Source: Macrostomum lignano (taxonomy: Eukaryota). From it: 64,000 nt of DNA. Under the pieces are notes generated by a model, which saw nothing but the letters and a program-made list of their open reading frames with translations, had not been told where the DNA came from and searched no databases. Position numbers and translations under genes: made by a program. The stretch is taken from contig NIVC01000862.1 of NCBI GenBank assembly GCA_002269645.1, forward strand, positions 310,001-374,000, read 5' to 3'. Numbering within the stretch: the first letter of the stretch is position 1; every line of letters begins with the position of its first letter. Shown here in pieces: positions 33,816-47,338 of the stretch.

Positions 33816-35345
33816 ATGGCACTGCCATTTCTGCCAGGAAACTCCTTCAACAAGAATGTAAGTACGAATTTTCATAGCTAATTTTCATAATTTTATATCT
33901 ATGCCTCGATGGAACAAACTTTTCGTTTACATTTTACATGCACAGCTGCATCAACTTTGCTTATTAACGAAATTAGAAGAAAACCTTTGGCATACGATTC
34001 AGGAAATAGTTCAAATTGAACGAGACAGTGAAAATCACTAGCTAAAAATTATTCCATCAATTTTTTAAATGACTTAAAAAATTTCAACTCTGAAAAAAAT
34101 TTGGCAACTTTATATTAAAAAATTAAAAATATGCCTTAAAACACAGTGCATTTCAACCCAACTCGTTTAACAACAAAACAAAACGCAGACCAAACCTGCA
34201 TATTTTTACTTTGCAATGTTATAAGAAGCTATCTAGTGTTACTTTAGCTACATGTGCTGCATTCATTTAGTGTTTATGTTTTTGTTTATTAATTTTAAAT
34301 TTTTAAAATGAAAAAATCTAAGATACAAATATAGACTGAACAGAGAACATTTTAAAATAATTTTTAAAAAACTTATGAAAAAACTTCTCTATTCAAAAGT
34401 TTACTTTACCTTTAATTATCATGAGTAGTTTCAGAATAAAATGAATTGTTATAGTGTTTGAATATCATGAAATTTCTTTCTAGCAGATCTCGTATAATCT
34501 ATGAAATCGGATTGTAGAACAATGCATGTTTTCTATTTTTTATCTTTTAATATAATAACAAACAATTGCCATTCCATCCCACAGTTGGGTAAGGACAAAT
34601 ACCACAAGAGCCACTACTTCGACCACAAGAATGAGACTCCGTTCTTGTTTGGCGACAACAAGCCGGGCATCGGCGGCGACCCCCTCCCGGGGCAGCGCGT
34701 CGATCCGCCGAACAGCAAAATTCCACCAGGAGAAGGCAGCCGCTCACCCGCTTGGGTGGCCTTCGACAAGCAGGTGCTGTCCTTCGATGCCTATTTCCAG
34801 GAGAGCGTGCAGGAGCGGCGTGAAGAGCAGTACAGGGTGCGCCACTGCAAGATCTACTTCTACCTGGAGGACGACTCCATTCAGGTATGAATGCATTCAT
34901 TAGGTCATTGATAACTCCCTCCCTAACTAATCAGTAGATCACTGCTAACAACATTATAATGACATATTTCTTATTTTAAAGCCTTCTTCAGTAGATCTTC
35001 ACCTCCGCCTTCTTCAGGTGATCGAGGCCCGCCTGAAGAACAGCGGCCTGCCGCAGGGCACGCTGGTCCGTCGCCATCGGATCCCGAAGCCGGCGCCCAA
35101 CGACAATCGCTTCTTCACCGTGGAAGACTTCAACGTCGGGCAGAACATCACTTTCTACGGCAAGACCTTCCGCATTACCGGCTGCGACCAGTTTACGGAG
35201 AACTTCTTGCGAAAACTTGGCGTTCGTATTGGCCTACCGGAGACTCAGCCAGGCGATCCTTATGCCGATCATCGCAAAGCTGTAATTCTTATTATATAGA
35301 GTTTTCCCCTAGTTAGTTGTCAGTTAGTTTGTTAGTTAGTTGTTT

Positions 35346-35389
<44 letters not shown>

Positions 35390-38300
35390 ATTAGTTAGTC
35401 ACTGCAGACTTCCCTAAGTAAAACAACCGTATTAAGCATTTCACTTCAACTTCCCTTGTCAGCTCGATGAGTCTATGCAGCCGCTGCGCCCCTACGAGCG
35501 CCACGACACGTTGCGCCAATTCCTGGATCACGATCGTCACGTGCTTCGTTTCTTCTGTTGCTGGGACGACACCGACTCGCTCTACGGCGAAAATCGCGAG
35601 ATGGTGCTGCACTACTTCCTGTCCGACGACACGGTCGAAATTCGCGAGGTTGTCAAGGCCAACAGCGGCCGGGACGCGGCGCCCTGCTTCCTGCGTCGTC
35701 AGCCGTTGCCGAAGAATATGGAGGATCTCCGTCAGCCAGGAGAGCTCTGCGATCGCACTGTGCTGAATGTGTTCGGCGAGATCCAGGGTGGGCGGTACAT
35801 CCTGGACAACCTCAAGGTCTGCTGGTTTGCAGTATAAGACTCTTAGAAGCTTTGTTCTCAAGTATGAGATTCTTAGAAGCTTGATTCTCAAGTATGAGAT
35901 TCTTAACAGCTTGATTCTCAATAGTAAAGAATTTTTTTAAGTTTGATTTTCAGTACGACTCTGATCTTATCAGTACGATACATGTACTTACGACTCAATA
36001 AGTTTCATCTTGTTTGCGATGTTCAACCTTACAATTCACAACCCGTGGTCCCACATTTCACTCCACCGCACACAGACTGGCACAGTTAAGGTGGAATTCT
36101 ACACCGACAAAGACCTGACCGTCGGCAGCTGCATCAACGTTTTCGGTCGCAAATTCCTTCTGTGCGACTGCGACGAATTCACCCGGGAATATTACTCGAC
36201 TAAATACGGAATCAGTGAGTGCTACTATTGACCATCGGGGTAGAGTTTGCTAAAGCCTAGAATGAATTTACATTCGCCAGTCAGGAGAGAGGCTCCAACC
36301 AATCAGAGGCAGGATGATCGGGGTAGAGTTTGCTAAAGCCTAGAATGAATGTACATTCGCCAGTCAGGAGAGAGGCTCCAACCAATCAGAGGCAGGATGA
36401 TCGGGGTAGACTTTGCTAAAGCCTAGAATGAATGTACATTCGCCAGTCAGGAGAGGCTCCAACCAATCAGAGGCAGGATGATCGGGGTAGAGTTTGCTAA
36501 AGCCTAGAATGAATGTACATTCGCCAGTCAGGAGAGAGGCTCCAACCAATCAGAGGCAGGATGATCAGGGTAGACTTTGCTAAAGCCTAGAATGAATGTA
36601 CATTCGCCAGTCAGGAGAGGCTCCAACCAATCAGAGGCAGGATGATCGGGGTAGAGTTTTCTAAAGCCTAGAATGAATGTACATTCGCCAGTCAGGAGAG
36701 AGGCTCCAACCAATCAGAGGCAGGATGATCGGGTAGAGTTTGCTAAAGCCTAGAATGAATGTACATTCGTCAGTCGAGGACAGGGGCGCCAACCAATCAG
36801 AGCTTATTTAATTTAACATCGCAACTTTTCCTGCAGCCGAGTTCCACCCGGTGACCTGCAAGAAGCCCACTGGCGGCGCTTGCGCCTCTGGTGGTAAGTA
36901 GTTACTAAATATGCCGTTTTTATTGCGCAGCTATTTTGTTCCACTGATAAACAGCTTGAATTCAGAAAATTCTAATTTGTCCCCTTGCAGACAGCGGAGC
37001 TCCCTACAACGGTTTCGGCTCCGAGGAGGACTCCATGGCCAACACCAAGGGCCTGATCCCTGCGCCGCCGCGCAAGAACATTGTCCAGCTCATCGACAAG
37101 GACAAGAAGGGCCTCGAGTCGAATGTTCTCCGTTTCCTAGCCCGCCTAGTAACTGACAAAGCCATCGACAAGGATCGTCAGTTCATTGTGAACTTCTTTC
37201 TGAGCGACGACAGCATTCTGGTGTTTGAACCGCCGCAGCGGAACTCCGGCTTTCAGGGTGGCAAATTTCTGGAACGAATCAAACTGCCCAAGCCGGGCCA
37301 CGAGCGCTTCAGCACGAAGGCGCCCGAGTATTACCAGGCCTACGACTTCTACGTTGGCGCCGTGCTGGAGATCAACAAGTTCAAGATGGAGATTCTCGAC
37401 GCCGACGAGTACGCCTACAAGTACATGGAGTCCAACCCTGACTATGTGAGTTCTTGCTGTTTTTTTTTAAATAGCAAACCAGTGTCACTATTTTGCCTCT
37501 TTTTTACTTACTTTATCGCTACAGTGAATTTCCGGATTTTTGGCGCGAATTCGAATGAGAACAATTTGAAATGGAAATTTGTCTGTAAATATATCCGGAG
37601 ATTGAATATTTGAATTCGTTGATTAAATTCCTGAGCTGAACTGTACTTTTAAGTTCTCAAAACGTTTTAACTAATAAGGAATCGATGGGTGCTGACTTAA
37701 CAATAAGATGTTAACGCGATGACTTGAGACAGTCAGGCAGCTGTACACCCTGCGTGCTTGCGTATGTACGTGCTCAAGATACGTACGCACTTTCTCAAGC
37801 TTGCTCAACCCTCTCCTCCAGTTCCTCGTAGCGAACGTCAACCGGGTCATGGAGAAGCTGCGCCGCGCCGCACAGGGCCACTGCCAGGAGCTGCAGTCGG
37901 CCTTCGCCGCCAAAGATCCCAACGATTCGAAGCGGGTGTCTTACCAGGACTTCCGCTGCGTGCTTGATAAACTGGCCAAGTGTGGAAATTTTGTTGAGCA
38001 CGAGCTCATCACTGTGGCTCGATTCTATGGCTACCAGTAAGTTGATCATCTTTATCTTATCGTATTCCAGTGATCGATTGACTAATTGATTAATTTAACT
38101 GACACTGTACAATGTTCGAACGTACGTCGGATTTTTTACACTGCAGAGATAGGAGATAAGAACGATCTTATCTTACGATGGCTTTCTTTATGGAACGGGC
38201 TCATTAAGACTGTACACCGCTCGTTAATTAGATTGCACCTACACTTAAATAAAATAGACCTGTGTACGCTAAACGTAACTTAATTGCTGTCTTATCAGTC

Positions 38301-41300
38301 AATCCACGATGGAATTTCACCACCCTTAAATACCTGACCACGCAGTTAATTATAGCTTAACCAACATGCATGCAATAATAGTAATAGTAATAATTAATTA
38401 CACCTGCCCTGATTGGGCTAGATGTGCAACCGACAGCTCAGCCGCAGCGAATCTGAAGGCTGCGTACGGCTGTTCAATCCAAGGACTGGAGGGTAGCTAC
38501 ACACCCTCAATTACCCCAGCTAATTCTGGTACCCATTTTACATCTTGGGTACCAGATCTTGCTATGCAGATTAAAATGTCTTTCTAAAGGACACTAATTG
38601 TTCCAGTGGAGTCGGGAATCGAACCTCCGACCTTCGAGTCGTGAGTCCGAAGCTCTGGCCACTAGGCTACAACCAACCAAACGTATTTGAAACCCGCAGC
38701 CCGCCAGAGGAAGTGGACGCGATCGTCCTGCTTGGCTCAGTGCAGGCCCATCTGCGTAAGCACAATTTTGAGTTGTTCAATCGGCTTAAAGAGGCCGCCC
38801 AGCACTACGACACTGAGTCTAGCGGCAGCCTGCCATCTGCCACGCTGGTCACCGTGTGCCGCACAGTCGGCCTCCCTGTACCGGCCGACCTGCTCAGGGC
38901 GACGCTCGGAGCGTAAGTTTTTGGTCTCTGAGAATTAATTTAGCAACAGAGCGGAATCAAATTTGAATTCGCTCGAAAACAGCTCAAGTTATATTCCTCA
39001 GAGGTGTAGCCGGGACTTCTTATCAGAAGGGGAAATCAATGGGGGCTTTAGCACCAGGGGCTTTAGCACCAGGGGCTTTAGCACCAGGGGCTTTAGCACC
39101 AGGGGCTTTAGCACCAGGGGCTTTAGCACAGGGGGCTTTAGCACCAGGGGCTTTAACATCAGGGGCTTTAGCACCAGGGGCTTTAACATCAGGGGCTTTA
39201 GCACCAGGGGCTTTAACATCAGGGGCTTTAGCACCAGGGGCTTTAACATCAGGGGCTTTAGCACCAGGAGCTTTAACATCAGGGGCTTTAGCACCAGGGG
39301 CTTTAGCACCAGAGGCTTTAGCACCAGGAGCGCTAGCACCAGGGGCGCCAGCACCAGGGCCATTCTTAAGCCACTTTTAGCACTCTTTGCAAGCTACTAT
39401 TAGTAGAGTCAAACATGATCATCTTTCGAAGTTAAATTTACGAGGACACTGATACTTTTGGCTATAAGCCAAGCCTTGAGATGAATATACATTGTATTTA
39501 ATAAATCACGTTTTGTTTTTCTATACAGTTTCTAAATTTAGCAAGCTCAGTGGAGACAACAGGAAAAGGAAGGGCAGATTGGTGATGCAGTCAGCTGTTG
39601 ATTGTATCGGGACGTCAGCTTGTTTCATATTGTCTCAGTGGCGTCTTATCAAACACAATCCACAGCAGCTCGCTATCCTAGTGCATCTTTGATCATCCTA
39701 TTTTTAGAATGGAAAATCATAAACCAACACCATCTCTCGCATTTCATCTTCTTCTGCTCTCCTAAAAGTCTGCATGTGTTTGAATGAATAAATGAATATT
39801 TCCCCACATCAATGAGCCCAAATGAATTTCTGTCTTATACCTATCCCATCATAATCTGTGTCTGCCTCTGAGGTGACAACAGCTCGGCGAAGCTTTTAGG
39901 AATTCAGATGAGCCTAGCAGATTTGATGGGATGGAATGAGGGCTTTAGATATAGGCTATATTTTACAGAGGCCTCTCATCTTGCAGTGATGGTCCGTTGA
40001 TAACTCTTATCTCTCTCGGGGTAAATCCGTTTGCTCATTCTTTTCCTCATCTTGACAAAGATTCTGATAAGGAGGCTGCTCGTGTAAGGGGTGAAGATAT
40101 AGGGCGAGTTGAGGGCGAGGGCGAGTCTACCTGGTGCATGTATTGCAAAAAAACTATTAACAGTTTATCTTATGGCTTATTATTATATATAGTAATATAT
40201 CTATGTAAATCAAAGAAACTTAAATTCTGTTTTTGTTTGAAGAACAATGATTTCAAATAACACTCTGTTTATGCAGTTAAGAGAGATTCCATCAATCCTA
40301 AACCAGCCAGCCCGGTAGGGATGTCGACCCCGGGGAGTGCTTAATTTTTGCCATTTAAATAAGAAAATCATTCACAGAAAGCTGATTGAAACTCTGTTTC
40401 TGCCTTTTTTACGGCAAAACTGCTTATTTCAATGTGTTATTTCAAACGCAACACACGTTTGAATTAACTCCCTATTAGACAAGGACAAAATGGTGATTTA
40501 TCTGTAAGAAATTAAAATTCAGATTATAAAAACAGTCTCATTCATTAATTATCCTCCCACGAGTGCAGCTGCTGAGTATGCATTTTCCGCCTCCGGAGTG
40601 TGGACTCTTTCTGACAAAGGTGCGCGCAAGATTTGGTGATGCCACGTTGTCAAATTAAATACAGTTTTAAACAAACATTGCTTTAAGTTTTTACCCTTGC
40701 GCCTTGAACATGTAGTCCAAAGCTTTAATCAAAGTTTTAAAAATGCCACTTAATGACTTAAGATCTAAGTTATCCGCCGTTTTTTACTTATTTTTTCTTT
40801 TCCCAGGGGTCCCCGTAAAGAAAATTACCCGGGGAATCGACATCCCTACGAGCCCGGATCGAAGGTTTCGGGGGTTAGAAAGACAGGAGATTGAAAGTTA
40901 TTAGAATGTACAGCCGCTCTGTCCCGCGTCGCAGTGGGGGTAGAGAGTTAAGAGGCTCGCTCTGTCCCGCGTCGCAGTGGGGTAGAGAGTTAAGAGGCTC
41001 GCTCTGTCCCGCGTCGCAGTGGGGGTAGAGAGTTAAGAGGCTCGCTCTGTCCCGCGTCGCAGTGGGGGTAGAGAGTTTAGAGGCTCGCTCTGTCCCGCGT
41101 CGCAGTGGGGGGTAGAGAGTTAAGAGGCTCGCTCTGTCCCGCGTCGCAGTGGGGGTAGAGAGTTAAGAGGCTCGCTCTGTCCTGCGTCGCAGTGGGGGTA
41201 GAGAGTTAAGAGGCTCGCTCTGTCCCGCGTCGCAGTGGGGGATGGGGGTAGAGAAACAATGAATTCGCTCTGTCCTGCGACGCAACGAGGGTAGAGAGAT

Positions 41301-41719
41301 AAAACTGGTCAAGTTCTGTCCCAAGCGACAAGGGTTACAGAGAGGGTTAGAGAGCTTCATGAACCAATCAGCGCAGACCTTGCACAAGTAGACCGTAGTC
41401 CGTACAGTGCATTGGTCTTCTTAGGAGTTAAAAAGAGCGATAATTTTCAGCCAATCAGCTCGCATTCTAACAACTAATCAATATGTATCACCACAGTCTC
41501 GCTGAGTCGACCAGCCCCGACGGCGACAGCTGCGTGAACTACTGCGAGTTCGTTGACCGGATCAACTGGCGCGACCGGCCGCTGCCGCCGCCGCCAGACG
41601 CCGTGGCCCAGTCGGCCAAAGCCGAGGACTCGTGGGCCCCGGGCAGCGGGCGGCAGCCAGTCCAGTTTGTACAGTGCTGCGCCTTCCTGTCCGACTTGTC
41701 TGGCGGTGCCGCCTGCTGA
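33816..41719 (+). CDS. EFHC2: EF-hand domain-containing family member C2 (DM10 repeats; ciliary microtubule inner protein); exons 33816-33857, 34585-34884, 35018-35281, 35463-35816, 36076-36214, 36837-36893, 36991-37445, 37822-38036, 38700-38912, 41497-41719
   Basis: N-terminus MALPFLPGNSFNKN; DM10 motifs PAWVAFDKQVLSFDAYF, VLRFFCCWDD, PYNGFGSEEDS, VLRFLARL; C-terminal INWRD. GT-AG introns are in phase. Confidence 0.95.
35305..35400. repeat. (GTTA)n microsatellite
   Basis: Directly visible. Confidence 0.9.
36232..36780. repeat. 87-89-bp tandem repeat, about 6 copies, EFHC2 intron 5
   Basis: Unit atcggggtagagtttgctaaagcctagaatgaatgtacattcgccagtcaggagagaggctccaaccaatcagaggcaggatg. Confidence 0.92.
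38375..38674 (-). mobile_element. tRNA-derived SINE
   Basis: Minus strand has A box tagcctagtgg, B box ggttcgattcc, a body containing gtaaatgggtacc, and a (tattac)n tail. Confidence 0.7.
39043..39390. repeat. 15-bp minisatellite (aggggctttagcacc)
   Basis: More than 20 tandem copies. Confidence 0.92.
40915..41290. repeat. 41-bp minisatellite (ggctcgctctgtcccgcgtcgcagtgggggtagagagttaaga)
   Basis: About 8 copies. Confidence 0.9.
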
Positions 41720-42782
41720 TGATTGAAGTTTTTTTGTTTATTTTAAAATTTTTAAATTTAAAACATACATGAAAAAACGAAAAAAACTTATCACACAATG
41801 TCCTCTCTATATTTCTCTACTAAGACTGCTACAAATTCAATTTAACTGTATGCTTTTTTTTCTCAAGTGCCTGAGTAGATTTTCAACGGGAGTTTGACTT
41901 GTTCGCTATTAAAGTAGCTAAAGCACTTCTTTTATTGTTTAATTCCCTGCCCTGCCCAATCTCTTAATTTACTGTTCAATAAATACGGCTTGTACTTCCC
42001 ACATACACGGGCGTGTTTTTCAATGATTTCGCGGAAAATTCCTGAAGTCAAAAATTATTAGAAGGTTAATTTTAGTTTGCTTGTTTAAAAACTGTTTGTT
42101 TCATTTTGCAGCGCAAATTTTAAATTCTGATTTGAATTGGCGCGCAACTTGAACATACGATCGGAACGAGTTTAAAGTGTTCTCTTGTGCAAATTAGAAG
42201 TTTTAACGTTTTGTTTGACTCAAGCTCTGCTAATGTTATAACAAAAGCACCACTATTTTGTTTTAAACTTTTTGCTGAGTCATAATTGTTGTCAATTAAA
42301 CATTAGAAGATCGGTTAAAAATAAACTGATAACACCGGAAAAAGTTATTGCAAGATTGTGCCTAATATAATTTACTCTGCGAATTTCAACTAAAATAGAG
42401 TTTAAAAACTAAGAATTTCTTTGATAACAAACTACTTGGTTTAATTATATTCTTGGTTAAAGTTGCTGTGGAAAAGGCAAAAAAAATTGATTTTAATTGA
42501 TTTCGATGGCAGCTATATAGATCGCGCTTTTAGGACCGTGACTTCGGTGTACTTTTAATCAGATTTCCACTGGACATTGATAGAGGTTATTAGAAGCGCA
42601 TTGTCAGTTATTTTGAAGTGTTGTTGACGAGTCAGAGAAGCGAAATCGCATTTGATTGGAGGGCTCAGAAATGCGTGCAATCGGGGTTGGATCAGTGACC
42701 CGCGATTTGCGAGAGAACATGGCAAGGTTGTCCATTGACATGATCTTGTGCAGGGATCATTGATGAAATAGAGGGGAAGACA

Positions 42783-43335
42783 GGTTGGGACAGAGGGGAA
42801 AAAGAGGGTAGGGCCTGGAAGAGAGGGGGGGACAGAGGGTAGGACAGAGGGGAGGAGAGGGTAGGACAGAGGGAAAGGAGAGGTAGGACAGAGGGGAGGA
42901 GAGGGTAGGACAGAGGGAAAGGAGAGGGTAGGACAGAGGGGAGGAGAGGGTAGGACAGAGGGAAAGGAGAGGGTAGGACAGAGGGGAGGAGAGGGTAGGA
43001 CAGAGGGTAGGACAGGTGGAAAGAACAGGGTAGGACAGAGGGGAAGGAGAGCGTAGGACAGAGGGGAGGAGAGGGTAGGACAGAGGGTAGGACAGGTGGA
43101 AAGAACAGGGTAGGACAGAGGGGAAGGAGAGCGTAGGACAGAGGGGAGGAGAGGGTAGGACAGAGGGTAGGACAGGTGGAAAGAACAGGGTAGGACAGAG
43201 GGGAAGGAGAGCGTAGGACAGAGGGGAGGAGAGGGTAGGACAGAGGGGAGGAGAGGGTAGGACAGAGGGGAGGAGAGGGTAGGACAGAGGGTAGGACAGG
43301 AGGAAAGAACAGGGTAGGGCATAGGGGAAGGAGAC
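42783..43335. repeat. Purine-rich minisatellite (ggtaggacagaggggaggagag)
   Basis: Directly visible. Confidence 0.9.
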
Positions 43336-43989
43336 GGTAAAAACATAGGAGACGAAGACTACTAGGCAAATGAATTTCCTCGCTACAAGTTGAAGGTTTC
43401 GAAAGTAAGTCTTCAATTCTCGTAAAAATTCAAATGACAAGTATTTCAAGTTTCTAACACTGGAGCAGCAAAATGTTCATAAAAAATAACAATTACACTT
43501 TCAAGAGGCTTGCAGCTGAGTAAAACGCAAAATCTCCCTTTTTTCAGTTCCCTGCTTTTAAGAAGCAGCAAAAGTCTTTAATTAACTGAGACAGACAGGC
43601 TCTGGTCGCAGGATTTCCTCTCATCCAGTGTCTCCTTCAGCTGCATCCGAGTATTCGAATATCGATTTGAGAAATATAATTAAAAACCAAGGAAATACCT
43701 TCGTAGCTGAAAAAAAAATTGTAATTACAGATTGACTTTACTTGGACTGGCGTATGCCTTAGCAACCAAATAGGACGAGGGGCTTCAAAGGGAAAATGTG
43801 ATCTAGACAGGAACTTCATCAACCATAGGAGTAACTCTCGCTCAAGCCTAGGCAGTGGATTTTAAAAATTCGAGTTAATTTTTTTGATAAAACTGCTGCT
43901 TTTTCACGAGTTGGTCAACTGCAGTTGAATTTCTCTGCAGTTCTATCTGAGAGATCAAAATCTCACGTTTTGAGATTTCTTTCCTTATC

Positions 43990-45010
43990 TCTCCCTGTCA
44001 CTCTCTTGTCTCTACCTGTCACTATCTCGTCTCTCCCTGTCACTCTCTGGTCTCTACCTGTCACTCTCTGGTCTCTACCTGTCACTCTCTTGTCTCTACC
44101 TGTCACTCTCTCGTCTCTACCTGTCACTCTCTTGTCTCTACCTGTCACTCTCCTGTCTCTACCTGTCACTCTCTTGTCTCTACCTGTCACTCTCTTGTCT
44201 CTTCCTGTCACTCTCTGTCACTCTCTCGTCTCTACCTGTCACTCTCTTGTCTCTCCCTGTCACTCTCTTGTCTCTACCTGTCACTCTCTTGTCTCTACCT
44301 GTCACTCTCTTGTCTCTACCTGTCACTCTCTTGTCTCTACCTGTCACTCTCTTGTCTCTTCCTGTCACTCTCTGTCACTCTCTCGTCTCTACCTGTCACT
44401 CTCTTGTCTCTCCCTGTCACTCTCTTGTCTCTACCTGTCACTCTCTGGTCTCTACCTGTCACTCTCTCGTCTCTACCTGTCACTCTCTCGTCTCTCCCTG
44501 TCACTCTCTTGTCTCTACCTGTCACTCTCTTGTCTCTACCTGTCACTCTCTTGTCTCTACCTGTCACTCTCTTGTCTCTTCCTGTCACTCTCTGTCACTC
44601 TCTCGTCTCTCTCGTCTCTCCATGTCATTCTCTCTTCTCTCCCTGTCACTCTCTGTCACTCTCTCGTCTCTCCCTGTCACTCCCTGTCACTCTCTCGTCT
44701 CTCCCTGTCACTCCCTGTCACTCTCTCGTCTCTCCCTGTCACTCCCTGTCACTCTCTCGTCTCTCCCTGTCACTCCCTGTCACTCTCTCGTCTCTCCCTG
44801 TCACTCCCTGTCACTCTCTCGTCTCTCCCTGTCACTCCCTGTCACTCTCTCGTCTCTCCCTGTCACTCCCTGTCACTCTCTCGTCTCTCCCTGTCACTCC
44901 CTGTCACTCTCTTGTCTCTCCCTGTCACTCCCTGTCACTCTCTCGTCTCTCCCTGTCACTCCCTGTCACTCTCTCGTCTCTCCCTGTCACTCCCTGTCAC
45001 TCTCTTGTCT
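43990..45010. repeat. Pyrimidine-rich 21-bp minisatellite (tctctacctgtcactctcttg) and variants
   Basis: Directly visible. Confidence 0.9.
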
Positions 45011-45409
45011 ATCATTGTCTTTCTTTTCTCTCCGCAACAACTCGCATCGCTTATTCTAACACTCAAATCATGGCGAATCATTTGCAGTTGAAAACCCTAA
45101 AATACACCCTACGCTTTAATTAAAATTTAGACGCATAAACAAAAATATTTGTCCAAAGCCGACGGCCATGTTTGGGACCCCGACAGGGACCCGGTCCACT
45201 CGAATCTTCAAGCCTGCCTCACGCGATTTCCTTGCCCCAGCGCACCTGCTAATTAGAATTTACTGTACAGTTGCAGGAGGCAGCTGCATGGTCACTAATT
45301 AAACAGGCCACTGCGGATCTGGCTCAGTTTGAGAGTGGAAAATAGAAATTATATCAATCAGCTTCCTGCACCTACTCTCCAGTCTCTACCCTCCATTCTC
45401 TACCCTCAA

Positions 45410-45790
45410 CTCACTTCTCTCCACTCTCTACTCTCCACTCTCCACCCTCCACTCTCCACCCTCCACTCTCCACCCTCCACTCTCCACCCTCCACTCTCCA
45501 CCCTCCACTCTCCACCCTCCACTCTCCACCCTCCACTCTCCACCCTCCACTCTCCACTCTCCACTCTCCACCCTCCACTCTCCACCCTCCACTCTCCACC
45601 CTCCACTCTCCACCCTCCACTCTCCACCCTCCACTCTCCACCCTCCACTCTCCACCCTCCACTCTCCACCCTCCACTCTCCACCCTCCACTCTCCACCCT
45701 CCACTCTCCACCCTCCACTCTCCACCCTCCACTCTCCACCCTCCACTCTCCACCCTCCACTCTCCACCCTCCACTCTCCACCCTCCACTC
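45410..45790. repeat. (ctccaccctccact)n 14-bp array on the left flank of the LINE
   Basis: Directly visible; same array and orientation as 49420-49860. Confidence 0.92.
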
Positions 45791-45791
45791 T

Positions 45792-47310
45792 AGGGCGGTA
45801 AGCTTTGGCGGAGTGATAGTCTCCCTTTCCTGGCTTGGGTATGAAGACTACCGTAGCCTCTTGCCAGGCTTTTGGCACATACCCGAGGGTAATGCTGGCC
45901 TTGAAGAGGTTGCAGAGGAGGCCGAGAAACCTGTCATTTTTAACTGCCTCATGAAGGAAGGCAGGATAAATGTTGTCAGGAACAGGAGACTTGAAAGGAG
46001 AGAAGGATTTTGCGGCGCGAGCCGTCCTCTCTCTAGTAATGATGGTCGAAGCCAGGATCTGTCCGCCCGGAGAGTGGTCCGGTGGGCCTAGCTGCGGTGC
46101 GGCACGGGGGAAAGAGCTGGTGAGCATAATGTCCAGCGATTCCCCAGGGTTCTCAGCGAGCCGGCCGTCCGGTCTTTTAATAACTGAGAGCTTTGACATT
46201 TTGTCGAGGGTGAGAGCCTTAACTACGCGCGAAGTAGGGCGGGTGCCTTCTAACTCCGCGCAGTATTGGCGCCATTTTTCGGACTTGGCTTTCCTGGTTT
46301 CACGCCTAAAGTCGCGGATCGCTTCTTGATAGGCGGCCAGGTCGGCTGGGTCCTTGCTCTTGCGAGCTTTCCGTTGGAGGCACTTTGCCTTGCGCCGGAG
46401 GGATCCAAGCGCCGGGTACCACCAGGGGGCGGATTTCTTGCCTTTGTAGGCTTTAAGAGGACAGGAAGCCTCATGGGCTGTCAGGACGGTCTTGCTGAGC
46501 AAGTCTGCAAGGTCATCCACTTCCTGACAGGTGGTTGGAGCAGCGGTAGTCAGCTGATCTGTCTGGCATTTCAGGGTTTCCGTGAAAGCCGTCCTATCAG
46601 TGTTCCGGACGTTCCTTTTCCACAGAATGTGAGGCTTGGGGCAAGAGGATTGCAATCGAAAACGAACGAAGCGATGGTCAGACAGAGACTCCTCTTCGTC
46701 CCACACCTCCCAGTCCTTGACTCAAGGAGCCAAGCCATGGGAGACGAGGGTAACGTCGAGGGCCTCCGTCCATCGCCCGTTGTCAAAGGTGAGGGTTCCA
46801 CCAATGTTGCAAAACTCAGTGTTGGTGGTGCAGATGTAAGCAAGGAGTTCCTCGCCTCTGCCATTGGAAGTATTACTGCCCCAGTGGGTGTGGTGAGCGT
46901 TGATGTCGCCCGCCACCAGCAGCTCGAACCTACGGTTAGAGCAGTAGTCCACGAGGGAGATGAGGTTGGGTGGAACCGGGCCATCGCCAGGGATATAAAT
47001 CGAGGCGATTATGACCGTGCGGTTGGTGATAATGTGGTTGCACTGAAAGACACAGAGATCTCTGTCAGAGAGGTCCGGTCTGTGCCAAGCTTTGAGATGG
47101 GTAGACACGAACACGGTTCCTCTGGGGTTGTGAGGGTCCTGAAAACAGTCAAAACCAGCAGGAATATTCGGAATCTTACCTTTCTTTGTCCAGGGTTCCT
47201 GGAGTAGGATGATGCCCGGTTTCGCAAAGTTTGCCACCCGCATCAGGTTGGTCGAGGCCGCGATGCAGTGGTGTAGGTTTAGCTGCAGGATGTCCACTCC
47301 GGGGATTCCA
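45792..47310 (-). pseudogene. LINE ORF2 (AP endonuclease plus pre-RT region); in-frame TGA at 46722-46724; truncated
   Basis: ILQLNLHH..LLQEPW, SIYIP, VAGDINAHHTHWGS..NGRGE, LDVTL, SLSDHRF, PWW, GYVPKAWQEATVVFIPKPGK..YRP. Confidence 0.9.
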
Positions 47311-47338
47311 CGAGTGGTCCGCGCAGCTTCCTGCTGGT

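Noticed and set aside
36232-36780. Regularly spaced repeats as a CRISPR array
   Set aside because: Head-to-tail units with no unique spacers, inside a spliceosomal intron, with no cas genes.
38600-38674. tRNA gene (Val-CAC-like)
   Set aside because: The anticodon and acceptor stems pair poorly, and it continues into a SINE body and simple-repeat tail.
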